Positions 63,685 through 64,000 of a stretch of DNA of 64,000 nucleotides are shown here, in pieces. A model generated the notes under the pieces. It was not told the origin of the DNA. It made no database searches and was given only the letters and a program-made list of their open reading frames with translations. This DNA comes from Octopus sinensis (taxonomy: Eukaryota): the NCBI RefSeq assembly GCF_006345805.1, contig NC_042998.1:84444001-84508000 (forward strand). Reading direction: 5' to 3'. The translations under genes were made by a program, and so were the position numbers. Numbering within the stretch: position 1 is the first letter of the stretch; every line of letters begins with the position of its first letter.

Positions 63685-64000
63685 AAAATGAGGGAGTAGT
63701 ATATCAATTTCAAACCAGTGTTTTCATACAATCCAGGTGTTGCAATAATAAATTTGATACTGTAATATTCATTGGAGGGAGGGGCAAATCCACTAAATAT
63801 TATCAGAATATAAACTGTAGATGCTCAGTGTGAGTTTTATTAGAGTTAACATACATAATTTTTTTTTCCTTCCTAATTTCCAGAACTTCAGGTCAGTAAT
63901 AAATATGATGAATTAGTGCAGAAACCTCATCCAACAAGAGGCTTATGTAATCCATCTAGCTTAAAGTAAACCATTTCCTCTGCCAGTGACTGCACACACA

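Overview
AT-rich, repeat-dense intergenic/intronic DNA from an animal. The SINE, LINE and MITE families and the microsatellite load suggest an octopus (coleoid cephalopod); this is recall and inference, not a database result. One protein-coding region is well supported: a 184-aa single-exon CDS on the minus strand (40112-40666). It carries RYKTQPITFDEIKEVDEE, the signature of the vertebrate C11orf96/DUF4695 family, and has a splice acceptor 89 nt upstream of the ATG. The rest is mostly nested transposon debris: three tRNA-headed SINE families, RTE and CR1/L2-group LINE 3' fragments, Tc1, mariner, hAT and piggyBac relics and MITEs (several with intact TIRs/TSDs), a non-autonomous Helitron, fold-back elements and simple repeats. 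The most interesting signals are four. (i) Four unrelated hammerhead-ribozyme-like motifs of the Penelope/retrozyme type; one is fused behind a tRNA-derived Pol III head (23418-23635), i.e. a candidate ribozyme-carrying SINE. (ii) A LINE 3' end sharing a covarying stem-loop with the dominant SINE, plus a second SINE using the same head with an RTE tail. (iii) A micro-inversion inside one of two neighbouring piggyBac-like MITEs. (iv) A perfect 93-bp inverted repeat. Repeat boundaries were read by eye and are approximate (about +/-10-20 nt) unless a TIR or TSD fixes them. No rRNA, true tRNA gene or CRISPR array was seen.
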